Assembly (NCBI GenBank): GCA_963832165.1
Contig: CAWHTE010000001.1
Coordinates: forward strand, 704,001 to 768,000
Direction of reading: 5' to 3'
Source of the DNA: an uncultured delta proteobacterium
GTDB lineage: Bacteria; Myxococcota_A; UBA9160; SMWR01
Length of the DNA stretch: 64,000 bases
Positions 9,294-18,916 of this stretch are shown one piece after another. The notes beneath the pieces are model-generated. The model was not told the DNA's origin and searched no databases. It worked only from the letters and a program-made list of their open reading frames with translations. The position numbers were made by a program, and so were the translations under genes. Position 1 is the first letter of the stretch, and each line of letters opens with the position of its first letter.

Positions 9294-10094
9294 TTACAGG
9301 CAGGGCGGTCTGGGATCGGAGAGGCTCTTGCAGTCGCACATGGTGTAGAGCCGGCCGCCCACGATCCGGTTGGTGCACGACTCGTCCCCGTTGGAGAAGG
9401 CGCTGCCTTCCTTGAACCACGTGCCGTTTCCGATCGACTGGCCGTTGATCTCCACGTTCATGGACTCCGGCGGCAGACCGTTCGCGACCAGCTTGCAGCC
9501 AGGGCCCGTGACCGTCGCCGGGAGGCCCTTGCCCGTGAACGGGTCGGTCGGGATCGTCAGCGAGCAGTCTTTGAATTCGAGCGTCTCGGTCGTGGTGATC
9601 TGCGCGTGCGGATCGAAGACCTCGGTGCCCAGCGTGGCGATGCGACACTGCTCGACCACCTTGCCCTTCTTCACCACGATCGACCCATGGATCGGGGCAA
9701 GCGCGCCCACGACGACGAGATCGAACGGGCCGGTCTTCTGCTGATTCTGGTTGATCCGCGACGTCTGGTTGGCGCAGTCCCGCAAGGCAAGACCCGACAC
9801 GTTGTCGCCAGCGCACGGAGGGCTGTCGAAGTTGCTCGGCGGGATCACGATCACCGGTTCCCAGTCGACGGTGATCGCGACGTGATCGGGCGTCTCGCCG
9901 CGGTGCGGCGTGATGTTGTACGTCATGCCCGTGCATCGTTCGGCCGGGCAGGGAACCGCGTCGAACGGGGCGGTCGCGGTCACGGTCCATCCGCCGCCGC
10001 TCGTTCTGCACTGGAGGACGGGCTCCGATGCAGCGGCCGAGGCTGCCGCGAACAGTATCGCCGCGGAGATCACGCAGGTGAGTCGAGTGTTCAT
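9294..10094 (-). CDS. Secreted Cys-rich hypothetical protein
   Basis: Signal peptide (AASAAA-S), about a dozen Cys, typical codon usage; 42 bp downstream of the receptor gene. Confidence 0.75.
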   Translation of the reverse strand: MNTRLTCVISAAILFAAASAAASEPVLQCRTSGGGWTVTATAPFDAVPCPAERCTGMTYNITPHRGETPDHVAITVDWEPVIVIPPSNFDSPPCAGDNVSGLALRDCANQTSRINQNQQKTGPFDLVVVGALAPIHGSIVVKKGKVVEQCRIATLGTEVFDPHAQITTTETLEFKDCSLTIPTDPFTGKGLPATVTGPGCKLVANGLPPESMNVEINGQSIGNGTWFKEGSAFSNGDESCTNRIVGGRLYTMCDCKSLSDPRPPCL

Positions 10095-10136
10095 GTCTGT
10101 CCCTCTCTATACAACTTGGAGTGAAGCAGCCCCGCG

Positions 10137-13100
10137 CTACGGCAACGCCAGGGTGACCTTGCCATAGAAGAGCCTGCCCGGTCGCAGGTCCGGATTGTGG
10201 ATGTCGGTGGCCTGGTACGGCCCATCTTCGTCGAGGAAGTTGTTCACTCCGAACGCGACGAAACCGTAGCGCCGCGGCAGGCGGTACCGGATACCCGCGT
10301 CGTACATCCAGAAGTCGCGGTGGCCGTCTTCGAAGGCGAGCGTCGTATTGCGCAGGAACTCTCCATCCTGGTCCAGATACGTGGCGCCGAACGAGAGGCT
10401 CACGCCCGACGGATGGAACAGCTGGACGCCGAGCGGAACCCGGTGGGTGTCGACGTCGCTGAACCCATACGCGCCGGCCAGCAGGTCATCGAGCCGGAAC
10501 TGCTCGAACTGATACTCCGCGCGCAGCGCAATCCAGTCGTGAGGCGTGATGAAGAGGTAGGTGCGCGCGATCTTCTCGCGCGCGGGCTCGCGCGTCACCA
10601 CGATACCGCCCGCACCGACGATCTGGTTCGGGACCTGGAGATCGCGCCAGGAGCCCTCGACGCCCGCGAAGACGTGGCTTCCGAACTTCTGGTCGATCGC
10701 CGCGCCGTAGCGCCACGACGACGTGCCCGACGGATCGTCGTAGAACTGGTTGAAGCCGGCCACCTGCGTCGGCTCGAGCGTCTGCTGGTTCACCAGCGTG
10801 CGCTTGAGCGCGCGGAAGCCGGCCGCGCGGAACGTCGTTCCCGGCGAGAACGACGGGGTCCAGGTGAGGCCGCCCTTCGGGTTGGCCTGGTCGCGATGGC
10901 CGATGCCCTCTTCTTCGTGAAAGAAATCGCCGCTCACCCCGAGCGTCATCGACACGTTCGCGGGCAGCGCCGTGTACGTGTAGAGATAGGCGTTGTTGTG
11001 GTCGACGTTGGGCGCGCGCAGCGCCTGCGGGATGACCTGCGGATCATCCGGCACGCCGCCGGTGAACGTCAGCAGGGTGATCGTCTCGTCGACGTCGAGG
11101 CCGACCGTGCCCGCGCCGGCGACGGTCTGGACGCGGTCGACCCATCCGCCCGTGACCGAGGACAGGTCGTGGCGGTGGATCAGCTGCCCCTCACCGTTGT
11201 ATCCCGCCTCTTCCGTGTTGATGTCGCTCGAGAAGCCGAAGTCCGTGAAGACGGGATCAGTCGAGAAATCCTCGGAGTCGCCGCTGCGCTCCTCGTAGGC
11301 GAGCGAGAGCAGCGCGATCGTGTCGGCCGAGAACGCATGGCGCAGCCCGGTCCGGAAGCTCCCCGTCTCGGTGCGCTCGTCGAGGTCGCGGCTGAAATCG
11401 TCCTCGAGGAATTTCAGCGCGAGGTCGCCGTTCTCGAGGTGGCGGTAGCGGAACTCGCCCTGGACGCTCGTCTCCGGTGTCACCTGGAACTGGGCGAACG
11501 CGTTGGCGACGTTGTCCTTCTGTTCGTTGTTGGACCGGAAGCCATCGGTCCAGTACCCGCTGTAGCCGGCGGAGAACGAGAGCCGGTCGTGGATCGCCGA
11601 GACGATCCCCTCGCCGGCGTAGGTTTCGTCCTCGCCGAACAGGCCGTTGCCCTGCACCGCGACGCGGTTGCGCTCGAAGAGCGGATTGAACTCGGTGAAC
11701 GAGAGGTTCGAGGGACCCTGCGACGAGAGCAGGAACAGGCTGCCCTCGCCCTGGCGCGGCTGGATCGGCACCAGATTGTTCGGCTGGAGCATCTGCGCCT
11801 GGAACAGCTCGGAGACGCGCGCGATCTCGTGGCGCGGCTGGGAGGCGTAGGAGTCCGCGAGCAGGCGGTGGGCCGAGTGATTGCTGACGTCGGTCCCGAC
11901 GGATTTCCAACCCTCGACGAGCGCAAGGCTCTGGAAGCCGAGGTCTCCGTAGATCCGGCCGAGGCTCGCGCTGCGCGCGGCCTCGTCGGAGTCGAGCAGC
12001 AGGCGCGAGCGGTTCACGGCGCGGTTGTCGTTGCGCGCGATCGCCTCTTCCACGCTGTGCAGCGCCTGGACGGGCCGATTCGTGGTCTGCTCGGCGATCG
12101 CCTGGTAGAACCAGGGCGTCGGGTCGTTCGGATCGAGCTGCTTCGCGGTCTCGAATTCGCGCATGTCGAGACCGTCGCGCTTCTCCTCGTAGTAGGCCTT
12201 TCCGAGATAGCTGCGGATCGTCGCGTCGTTCGCGTCGAGGCTCGCGGCCACCTCGATCTCGCGCGCGCCTGCGGCGAGATCGCCGCTGCGGATCTTCGCG
12301 AGCCCGAGCCCGAGTCGCGGCATCGGGTCGGCCTGGTCGAGGTCGATCGCGCGTTCGAAAGCCATCCGCGCGGCGTCCGTCTCGACCCGGGTCAGATGCG
12401 CGAAGCCGAGCACCGTCTGGGTGCGCGAGAGCTTCGAGTCGAGCGACGCGGCGCGCTCCGCGGCGGCGAGCGCCCCGCGCAGATCGCCGAACGAGGCGCG
12501 CAGCTCGGCGACGCGCGCCCATGCGAGCGCGTTGTCCTTCTCGAGCTTCACCGCCCGCTCGGCGCTCGCGCGCGCGCCCTCGAGATCGAAGCGCGCCTGC
12601 TGTACGTAGGACGAGGCGATCTGCGCCGCTGCCGACTTCGGATCGGCGGCGACCGCGCGGTCGGCTGCGGTCTGCGCGTCCTCGCTGCGATTCTGCGCGA
12701 CGGCGATCACCGCCTGGAGCGACAGCGCATCGGGATCGTTCGGCGCGAGCTCGAGCGCTCGCGTGAGATCGGCGTTGGCCTCGTCGATGCTGCCCACCGC
12801 GAGGCGCTGCGAGGCGCGCTGCGCGAGCGCACGCGCGCTCCCATCCTCTGCTGCGGCCGCGCCCGGCGCGAGCACCGGCGGGTAGTAGAGCGCCCACTGC
12901 ACCGCGTCGCGCGGGCGCGCGACCAGCCGCGGCGCGGGCGCTTTGCCTGCCTCGGCGATCGCCGACGCGCCGGCTGCGAGCATGAGCTCGCCCGCCGCGT
13001 TCGCCGTCTGCACGCTGCCCTCGAAGACGGTGACTTCGCTGCGTCCCTCTTCGACTGCGACGAAGAACTCGGTGCCGCGCACGCCGGCCACCGCGTAGGG

Positions 13101-13502
13101 CGTGTTGACTTCGAGATTGCGTTCGCCGCGTCGGCTCAGGAAGTGGGCGGCGCCGCGCGAGAGATCGACCAGGTACTTGTCGTCCTCGGCGCCGGAGAGC
13201 GTCATCTCGGTGCGCGCGCGCAGGCGCAGCACCGACTGATCGAAGAGAGACAGGTCTGCCCGGCTGCGATCGCCCGCGCGCACCGTGTCGCCCGCGCAGA
13301 ATGCGCGATCGCGCTCGACGGGCTGCCAGTCGCTCGCGCCGGCGGGCCGCACCTCGATGACGCCCTGCACCGAGACGGCGCGCGCGACCGGCGGATCGCA
13401 GGTCGCGGACGACGCGCGCTCCCCGGCGCACACGACGCAGGCGATCGTGAGCGCGGAGGTCAGGGTAGGGATGTAGTAGTTGAGCCTGAAGGCCAACGGC
13501 AT
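10137..13502 (-). CDS. FecR-domain / TPR-repeat / TonB-dependent-receptor-like outer-membrane beta-barrel protein (NsrA-like architecture)
   Basis: FecR motif TPYAVAGVRGTEF, multiple Ala-rich TPRs, C-terminal amphipathic beta-strands (DAGIRYRLP...GVNNFLD); start uncertain (13502 or 13523). Confidence 0.85.
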   Translation of the reverse strand: MPLAFRLNYYIPTLTSALTIACVVCAGERASSATCDPPVARAVSVQGVIEVRPAGASDWQPVERDRAFCAGDTVRAGDRSRADLSLFDQSVLRLRARTEMTLSGAEDDKYLVDLSRGAAHFLSRRGERNLEVNTPYAVAGVRGTEFFVAVEEGRSEVTVFEGSVQTANAAGELMLAAGASAIAEAGKAPAPRLVARPRDAVQWALYYPPVLAPGAAAAEDGSARALAQRASQRLAVGSIDEANADLTRALELAPNDPDALSLQAVIAVAQNRSEDAQTAADRAVAADPKSAAAQIASSYVQQARFDLEGARASAERAVKLEKDNALAWARVAELRASFGDLRGALAAAERAASLDSKLSRTQTVLGFAHLTRVETDAARMAFERAIDLDQADPMPRLGLGLAKIRSGDLAAGAREIEVAASLDANDATIRSYLGKAYYEEKRDGLDMREFETAKQLDPNDPTPWFYQAIAEQTTNRPVQALHSVEEAIARNDNRAVNRSRLLLDSDEAARSASLGRIYGDLGFQSLALVEGWKSVGTDVSNHSAHRLLADSYASQPRHEIARVSELFQAQMLQPNNLVPIQPRQGEGSLFLLSSQGPSNLSFTEFNPLFERNRVAVQGNGLFGEDETYAGEGIVSAIHDRLSFSAGYSGYWTDGFRSNNEQKDNVANAFAQFQVTPETSVQGEFRYRHLENGDLALKFLEDDFSRDLDERTETGSFRTGLRHAFSADTIALLSLAYEERSGDSEDFSTDPVFTDFGFSSDINTEEAGYNGEGQLIHRHDLSSVTGGWVDRVQTVAGAGTVGLDVDETITLLTFTGGVPDDPQVIPQALRAPNVDHNNAYLYTYTALPANVSMTLGVSGDFFHEEEGIGHRDQANPKGGLTWTPSFSPGTTFRAAGFRALKRTLVNQQTLEPTQVAGFNQFYDDPSGTSSWRYGAAIDQKFGSHVFAGVEGSWRDLQVPNQIVGAGGIVVTREPAREKIARTYLFITPHDWIALRAEYQFEQFRLDDLLAGAYGFSDVDTHRVPLGVQLFHPSGVSLSFGATYLDQDGEFLRNTTLAFEDGHRDFWMYDAGIRYRLPRRYGFVAFGVNNFLDEDGPYQATDIHNPDLRPGRLFYGKVTLALP

Positions 13503-13781
13503 GTCTCCGTGGGAGCGCAGCACGGACGTGCCGATCGCGACGGGCGCCCATCCTAACAGTAAAGGTCCAGCGTTGACCAGTCACAAAGCACGATATTCAG
13601 GACAAGATTCGTGGAAAAAACGCTTTCGCCGTGCCGCTTTCCAACGGCCGTTCGCCTAACAAATAAAGAGCGATTTGGGCTCGAATCGGCGCAGTCGTGC
13701 GTGCGGCGCAAGCTAACGCGCGATCGGCGTGCTTCACGTGACGGTTCCGTGAACGCCTGGAGCTCCGAAGCGAGCGAATCG

Positions 13782-14621
13782 TCAGAGCTTGTTCTTGACC
13801 GGGAGCAGATCGGGATAGTCGGGCTTGCGCGCTTCCGACTTCGCCGCGAAGGCCTCCATCATGTCCGCAGGCTGGAACATGCCGGTCTGCCAAATGGCGA
13901 TGTAGTCGAGGCCGTCCGCGATCGAGTGGTCGCGCGCGTAGTTGAGCATCTCCTTGCTGCCCCAGACCGCGAGCGGCGAGCGTTCGGCGATCTCGTGTGC
14001 CACCGCGAGCACGCCCGCGACGAGGGCCTCGTGGGTCGGGAAGACCTGATTCACGAGCCCGACCTCGAGCGCCTCGCGCGCGCCGAGTCGGCGCCCCGTG
14101 TAGGCGAGCTCGCGGACGATGCCCTGCGGAATCAGGTGGGGCAGGCGCGGGAACGTTCCGACGTCGGCGGTCATGCCGATGTTGATCTCCTGGATGCAGA
14201 AGAAGGCGTCCTCGGTGCAGTAGCGCATGTCGCAGGCGCTGATCATGTCGACGCCGCCGCCGATGCAGCCGCCCTGCACCGCGGCGAGCACGGGCATGCG
14301 CGCGCGGTCGAGGCACGAGAACGTCTCCTGGAGGCGCAGTACGTCGCGGCGCAGGTTGGCGCGGCGCCGGCCCACCTCCGCGTCGGCGCCGTTCGCGCCA
14401 TCGCCCGACGTGAACACGGCGAGATCCATCCCGGCCGTGAAGTGCTTTCCGGTCGACGAGATCACGATCGCGCGCGCCTCGCCCGCGTCGTCGAGCGTGC
14501 GCACGATCTCCGGGAGCTCGCGCCAGAACTCGGGGATCATCGTGTTGTAGGCCTCGGGTCGCGAGAGCCGGACGTGGGCGATCTTGTCCGAGAGCGAGAC
14601 GTCGAAGCAGGTGTAGGACAC
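13782..14621 (-). CDS. Enoyl-CoA hydratase/isomerase (crotonase family)
   Basis: HFTAGMDL, GGCIGGGVD, QEINIGMTADVG; GTG start after AAAGGA. Confidence 0.9.
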   Translation of the reverse strand: MSYTCFDVSLSDKIAHVRLSRPEAYNTMIPEFWRELPEIVRTLDDAGEARAIVISSTGKHFTAGMDLAVFTSGDGANGADAEVGRRRANLRRDVLRLQETFSCLDRARMPVLAAVQGGCIGGGVDMISACDMRYCTEDAFFCIQEINIGMTADVGTFPRLPHLIPQGIVRELAYTGRRLGAREALEVGLVNQVFPTHEALVAGVLAVAHEIAERSPLAVWGSKEMLNYARDHSIADGLDYIAIWQTGMFQPADMMEAFAAKSEARKPDYPDLLPVKNKL

Positions 14622-14638
14622 GCGGGATTCCTTTCTGT

Positions 14639-15214
14639 TCACGAGACGTGCATGGCGATGAACCAGACCAGCAGCCACAGCGGCGCACCGCTCGCGAATG
14701 CGAGCGCGAGCGCCGCGGTGCTCCACGACGCAAAATGGATCCGATCGGAGAGCGATACACGCGGTGCGTCGCTCTCCAGCGCGAGCCGACTGCGCACCTC
14801 GCCCACCTTCTGGTCGAGCAGCGCTTCGCTCCAGGGCTCTCCGTAGAGGTTGCGGCTGTGGCGACCACGCGTGAACGCGCGCCAGACCGCGCGCGGCGCG
14901 ATCCAGAGTCCGATCTGCATCGCGTAGAGGTTGAGCACCCAGGCCGCGATCATGTCGCGGCAGCCCGAGGCGATCTCCCACGCGCCGATCTCGGCCTCCC
15001 CCGTCCAGTCGGTGGCGTAGCCCGTCACGACGTGGTGCAGGTCGTGGAAGCGCACGGCGCGCACGCGGCCTTCCGTGTTGGGGAACGCGAAGTAGAGCGG
15101 TCCGACCGCGATCTTCACCCACTTCTCTTCGTAGCCGCCCTCGCCGAGACCGCTCAGCGCGAAATAGCGGGCGCGGGCCTCGCGCAGGCTCTGCGCTGTG
15201 TCGTAGTGCGGCAT
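14639..15214 (-). CDS. Hypothetical membrane protein with Coq4-like metal-binding motif
   Basis: HDLHHVVTGYATDWTGEAE motif; hydrophobic C-terminus. Confidence 0.7.
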   Translation of the reverse strand: MPHYDTAQSLREARARYFALSGLGEGGYEEKWVKIAVGPLYFAFPNTEGRVRAVRFHDLHHVVTGYATDWTGEAEIGAWEIASGCRDMIAAWVLNLYAMQIGLWIAPRAVWRAFTRGRHSRNLYGEPWSEALLDQKVGEVRSRLALESDAPRVSLSDRIHFASWSTAALALAFASGAPLWLLVWFIAMHVS

Positions 15215-15438
15215 GGGGGCCGCTCCACCCTACCACGGCGCGTCGCTCGGGCAACGCGGTAGCAATCGGGCGGCAACTCACCGGCAGGCGATGCGCGAGA
15301 CGTGCGCGCCGTACCTCAAGCCGATCTGCAACGGCTCCGATAGCACTATCTGGAGCAACCCGTGCGAATGTCGCCCCCCTTCCGTTCGCATCTCCGACCG
15401 TGCGTGCTGCGCGCGTTTGCGAAGCCCAGGTGCGATCG

Positions 15439-16806
15439 ATGACGGCGCGCATTCTCGTCGTCGATGATTCGACCGCGAACCTGAAGCTGCTTCGCGCGAT
15501 GCTCGCGTCGGAATACATGGAAGTGATCATCGCGCGCGACGGACCCGAGGCGCTCGTGAAGCTCGCCGAGTGCAACCCCGACGTCGCTCTGCTCGACGTG
15601 ATGATGCCGGGCATGGACGGCTTCGAGGTGTGCCGCCGGATCAAGTCGGCGCCGAGCACGTCCCCGGTGCCGGTCGTGATGCTCACGACGCTCGACCAGC
15701 CCGAGGATCGCTTCGCAGCGCTCGAGGCCGGTGCGGACGACTTCATGACCAAGCCGCTGAATCGGCCCGCGCTCATCGCGCTCGTGCGCAACCTGGTCCG
15801 CCACAAGGCGATGATCGACGTGCTGCGCATGCGCGAGCGGAGCGGGGGCGGCGGCGCACGCGCCGGCGAGCCGACCATGATGGGTGTATCGATCGACCCG
15901 GGTCGCGTGCTCCTGATCGGAGACCAGCGCGGCACCTCCGACGCGATCCGGCTCGCGCTGCTTCCGCGGCACCGCGTGCACGTCGAGAAGGACTCCGAGG
16001 ACGCGCTGCTGCTGGTCCGGCGCGCCGAGTTCGATCTGCTCGCGGTCGATCTGTCGCTGGCCGGTGCTGACGCTCTGCGCGTGTGCGCGCGTTTGCGCGC
16101 GCTCGCGGAGTCGCGGTACACGCCCGTGCTCGCGATCGCGAACCACGACGCCGAAGCGTCGCTGCGCGCGCTCGAGCTCGGCGTGAACGGGTGCGTCGCG
16201 CAGCCGCTCCACCCGGGCGAGCTGCTCGCGCGCGTGGACTCGCAGCTGCGGCGCAAGAGATACTGGGACGCGCTGCGCGACGGCGCTCGCAAGCCGCTCG
16301 AGTGGGCCGGCGTGGATCCGCTCACGCGGATGCACGATCGCCGCTACCTGGAGCGCTATCTCGGCGCGCTCGTCTCGCAGAACGTCGAGCGCGGCCGGCC
16401 CGTGTCGCTCCTGTTCATGGACGTCGACCACCTCGATGCGGTCAACGACACCTACGATCACGAGGTCGGCGACGAGGTCCTGCGCGAGGTCGCGCGCCGC
16501 ATCTCGTCGAGCCTGCGCGGGCTGGATCTGTCGTGCCGATTCGGCGGCGAGGAGTTCGTGGCGGCGTTCTCGGGGGTCGACGTCGCGACCGCGCGGCGGA
16601 TCGGCGAGCGGCTCCGAGAAAGCGTCGCCGGTCGACCGTTTCCGATCGCCACCGAGGACGGCCCGCTCCACGTCACGATCTCGGTCGGGTCGGCGACGAC
16701 GTCGAGCCGCGAGGACACCGCCGACGCACTGCTCGATCGCGCAGATCTGGCGCTGTACCGGGCCAAGAAGGACGGCTGCAACCGCGTCGTCGCCTGCGAC
16801 GCCTGA
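15439..16806 (+). CDS. pleD: PleD-family REC-REC-GGDEF protein
   Basis: ILVVDD...LLDVMMPGMDG...FMTKP; second degenerate REC; RGLD I-site five residues before GGEEF. Confidence 0.85.
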   Translation: MTARILVVDDSTANLKLLRAMLASEYMEVIIARDGPEALVKLAECNPDVALLDVMMPGMDGFEVCRRIKSAPSTSPVPVVMLTTLDQPEDRFAALEAGADDFMTKPLNRPALIALVRNLVRHKAMIDVLRMRERSGGGGARAGEPTMMGVSIDPGRVLLIGDQRGTSDAIRLALLPRHRVHVEKDSEDALLLVRRAEFDLLAVDLSLAGADALRVCARLRALAESRYTPVLAIANHDAEASLRALELGVNGCVAQPLHPGELLARVDSQLRRKRYWDALRDGARKPLEWAGVDPLTRMHDRRYLERYLGALVSQNVERGRPVSLLFMDVDHLDAVNDTYDHEVGDEVLREVARRISSSLRGLDLSCRFGGEEFVAAFSGVDVATARRIGERLRESVAGRPFPIATEDGPLHVTISVGSATTSSREDTADALLDRADLALYRAKKDGCNRVVACDA

Positions 16807-16883
16807 GACGCTTCGGATGGGACGGCCACGGCCGGGTGGGGTTAAGATCGGGAGAACGTCCCGAGCCCACCGGAGGACCCGCC

Positions 16884-17348
16884 ATGGCGGCGAACGCGCC
16901 CGCGCAGAGCTTCAACCACATCGCGATGAGCGTTTCCGCGGAGCTGCTCGGCGCAGAGGGGCGCGCGTCGCTGCTCGACTTCTTCGGCGAGGTGTTCGGC
17001 TGGACCGAGATGCCCACGCTCTCCGAGGACGGCCGCCGGCTCGTGCTGCGCGCGCACAGCAACGAGCAGTTCGTGTTCCTGGTCGCGGGCGACGAACCGA
17101 TGCGCTGTCCGAGCGGCGATCACTTCGGCCTCTCCGTGCGCACCCCCGCCGAGCTCGATGCGATCCTCGAGCGCGCGCGCAAGTACCGCGAGCGCGACCC
17201 GCGCGTCGAGATCGACGACAAGACGATCGAGGACTACCACGTGCTCCAGCTCCACAGCTTCTATGTGGGCTACCGACTGCCGCTCAAGGTCGAGGTGCAG
17301 TGCTACGCATGGGCGGACGGGGTCGGGCCGCAGAGCATGCCTCGCTAG
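16884..17348 (+). CDS. VOC-fold hypothetical protein
   Basis: GGAGG RBS; FNHIAMSV, DFFGEVFGW, DHFGLSV pattern. Confidence 0.7.
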   Translation: MAANAPAQSFNHIAMSVSAELLGAEGRASLLDFFGEVFGWTEMPTLSEDGRRLVLRAHSNEQFVFLVAGDEPMRCPSGDHFGLSVRTPAELDAILERARKYRERDPRVEIDDKTIEDYHVLQLHSFYVGYRLPLKVEVQCYAWADGVGPQSMPR

Positions 17349-18430
17349 TGCGCACGAGTGCCGCCGCGGCATGCGCGGTGGTCTGGTGCGCGCTGGCCGC
17401 GCAGCCCGCGTCGGCCCACCGGCTCGCGCCGTCGCTCCTCTCGATCGAGGAGCGGGCAGACGGCGCGATCGCGGTTCTGTTCAAGATGGCGCGCCAGCAG
17501 CCGATCGGCGCCGAGATCGCGCCCGAGCTCCCCGATCGGTGCGCGCCCAGCGAGCGCCCGCGCGCCGAGACCGACGAGCAGAGCATCACCGTGCGCTGGA
17601 CCGCGCACTGCGGCGCCGCGGGCATCGTCGGCGCGCGTTTCGGCGTGAGCGGGCTCGCCGAGTCGGGCACCAACGCCCTGCTGCGCATCGCGCTGCGCGA
17701 TGGCCGCCGCGTGCAGGCGGTGCTTCATGCCGATGCGCCGTCGCTCGTGGTGCCCGAGCGCGCGTCGGCGACCGGTGTGTTTCGCGACTACCTGCGGCTC
17801 GGCACACTCCACATCGCGGGCGGCGCCGATCACCTGTTGTTCGTGTTCGGCCTCGTGCTGCTCGCGAGCAGCACGAGGCGGTTGCTCTGGACGGTGACCG
17901 CGTTCACCGCCGGGCACAGCGTCACGCTTTCTCTGGCAGCGCTCGGCGTGGTGCGTTTCCCGACCGCGCCGATCGAGGTGGCGATCGCGGCGACGATTCT
18001 CGCGCTCGCGCTCGAGCTCGCGCGCGGCGAGCCCGCAAAGCCGCCGATCACGCAAGGAGGCCGACTCGAAGAGTCGGCCGACGCGCAGCGAGCCGAAGGC
18101 GAGCGAAGGCGGGCCCCTGCAAAGGAGGGCGTGCTGCGCCGCCGCCCCTGGGCCGTCGCGTTCGCATTCGGACTTTTGCACGGCTTCGGCTTCGCGGGCG
18201 CGCTCGCCGAGATCGGGCTGCCGCAGGAGGAGATCCCCGTCGCGCTGTTCTCGTTCAACCTCGGGATCGAGCTCGGTCAGGTCGCCTTCGTGGCGATCGT
18301 GCTCGCGCTGCGTCGACTGCTCGCGCCGGCGCGCGCGCGCGCTCCGGCGTGGCTGTCGCGCGCGCCGGTGACCGCGATGGGCGCGCTCGCCGTCTACTGG
18401 TGTCTCGATCGCAGCACGGGGATGTTCTGA
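17348..18430 (+). CDS. HupE/UreJ family membrane protein (signal peptide, PASAH), with repeat-derived loop insertion
   Basis: HIAGGADHLLF, AFTAGHSVTL, FGLLHGFGFA, FNLGIELGQ. Confidence 0.88.
   Translation: MRTSAAAACAVVWCALAAQPASAHRLAPSLLSIEERADGAIAVLFKMARQQPIGAEIAPELPDRCAPSERPRAETDEQSITVRWTAHCGAAGIVGARFGVSGLAESGTNALLRIALRDGRRVQAVLHADAPSLVVPERASATGVFRDYLRLGTLHIAGGADHLLFVFGLVLLASSTRRLLWTVTAFTAGHSVTLSLAALGVVRFPTAPIEVAIAATILALALELARGEPAKPPITQGGRLEESADAQRAEGERRRAPAKEGVLRRRPWAVAFAFGLLHGFGFAGALAEIGLPQEEIPVALFSFNLGIELGQVAFVAIVLALRRLLAPARARAPAWLSRAPVTAMGALAVYWCLDRSTGMF
18059..18121 (+). repeat. GNA-hairpin repeat copy A, in frame within HupE/UreJ gene
   Basis: GGCCGACTC-GAA-GAGTCGGCC followed by CGCGCAGCGAGCCGAAGGCGAGCGAAGGCGGGCCCCTGCA. 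Confidence 0.85.
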
Positions 18431-18468
18431 TCGATCTCTGGTAGGCTTCGCGGCGCTGGAGGAAGGCG

Positions 18469-18897
18469 ATGCCTTGGTGGGGATGGCTCGCACTCGGTGC
18501 GGCGCTGCTAGGCGCCGAGATCGTGGTATCGACGGACTTCTGGCTCGCCACGGTCGGCGCAGCGGCGCTGCTGATGGGGCTCGTGCTGCCGCTGATCGAA
18601 GACGATCCGCGCGCGTGGGTGCAGTGGGTCTGCTTCGCCGCTCTCGCTGTGCTGATCACCGGGTTGTTCCGGCGTCGGCTGCACGAGCGGCTGGTCGGCA
18701 GCGCGCCCGGCCTCACGCCCGAGCTGGTCGGAGAGTCGGGCGTTGCGCTCGAGGCGATCGCGCCTGGCGCGCAGGGATCGGTGGAGCTGCGCGGCACGAC
18801 CTGGAAGGCGCGCAACGTCGGTAGCGAGACGCTCGCGGCGCGCGCGACCGTGCGCGTCACGGCCGTGCGCGGGATCCTGCTCGAAGTTCGAGGATGA
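18469..18897 (+). CDS. NfeD family membrane protein
   Basis: WWGWLALG...AEI, LVG...GSVELRGTTWKA; upstream of SPFH gene. Confidence 0.88.
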   Translation: MPWWGWLALGAALLGAEIVVSTDFWLATVGAAALLMGLVLPLIEDDPRAWVQWVCFAALAVLITGLFRRRLHERLVGSAPGLTPELVGESGVALEAIAPGAQGSVELRGTTWKARNVGSETLAARATVRVTAVRGILLEVRG

Positions 18898-18916
18898 CCG
18901 CAATGGAGGAGTTCGC

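Noticed and set aside
13622..13636. Possible sigma54 site (CGGCAC-N5-AAGC, minus strand) upstream of the receptor gene
   Set aside because: GG/GC spacing fits but the -12 TT is missing; too weak to call
13782..16325. 847-aa ORF suggesting a fusion to enoyl-CoA hydratase
   Set aside because: The N-terminal part is read-through of other genes' frames; real start at 14621
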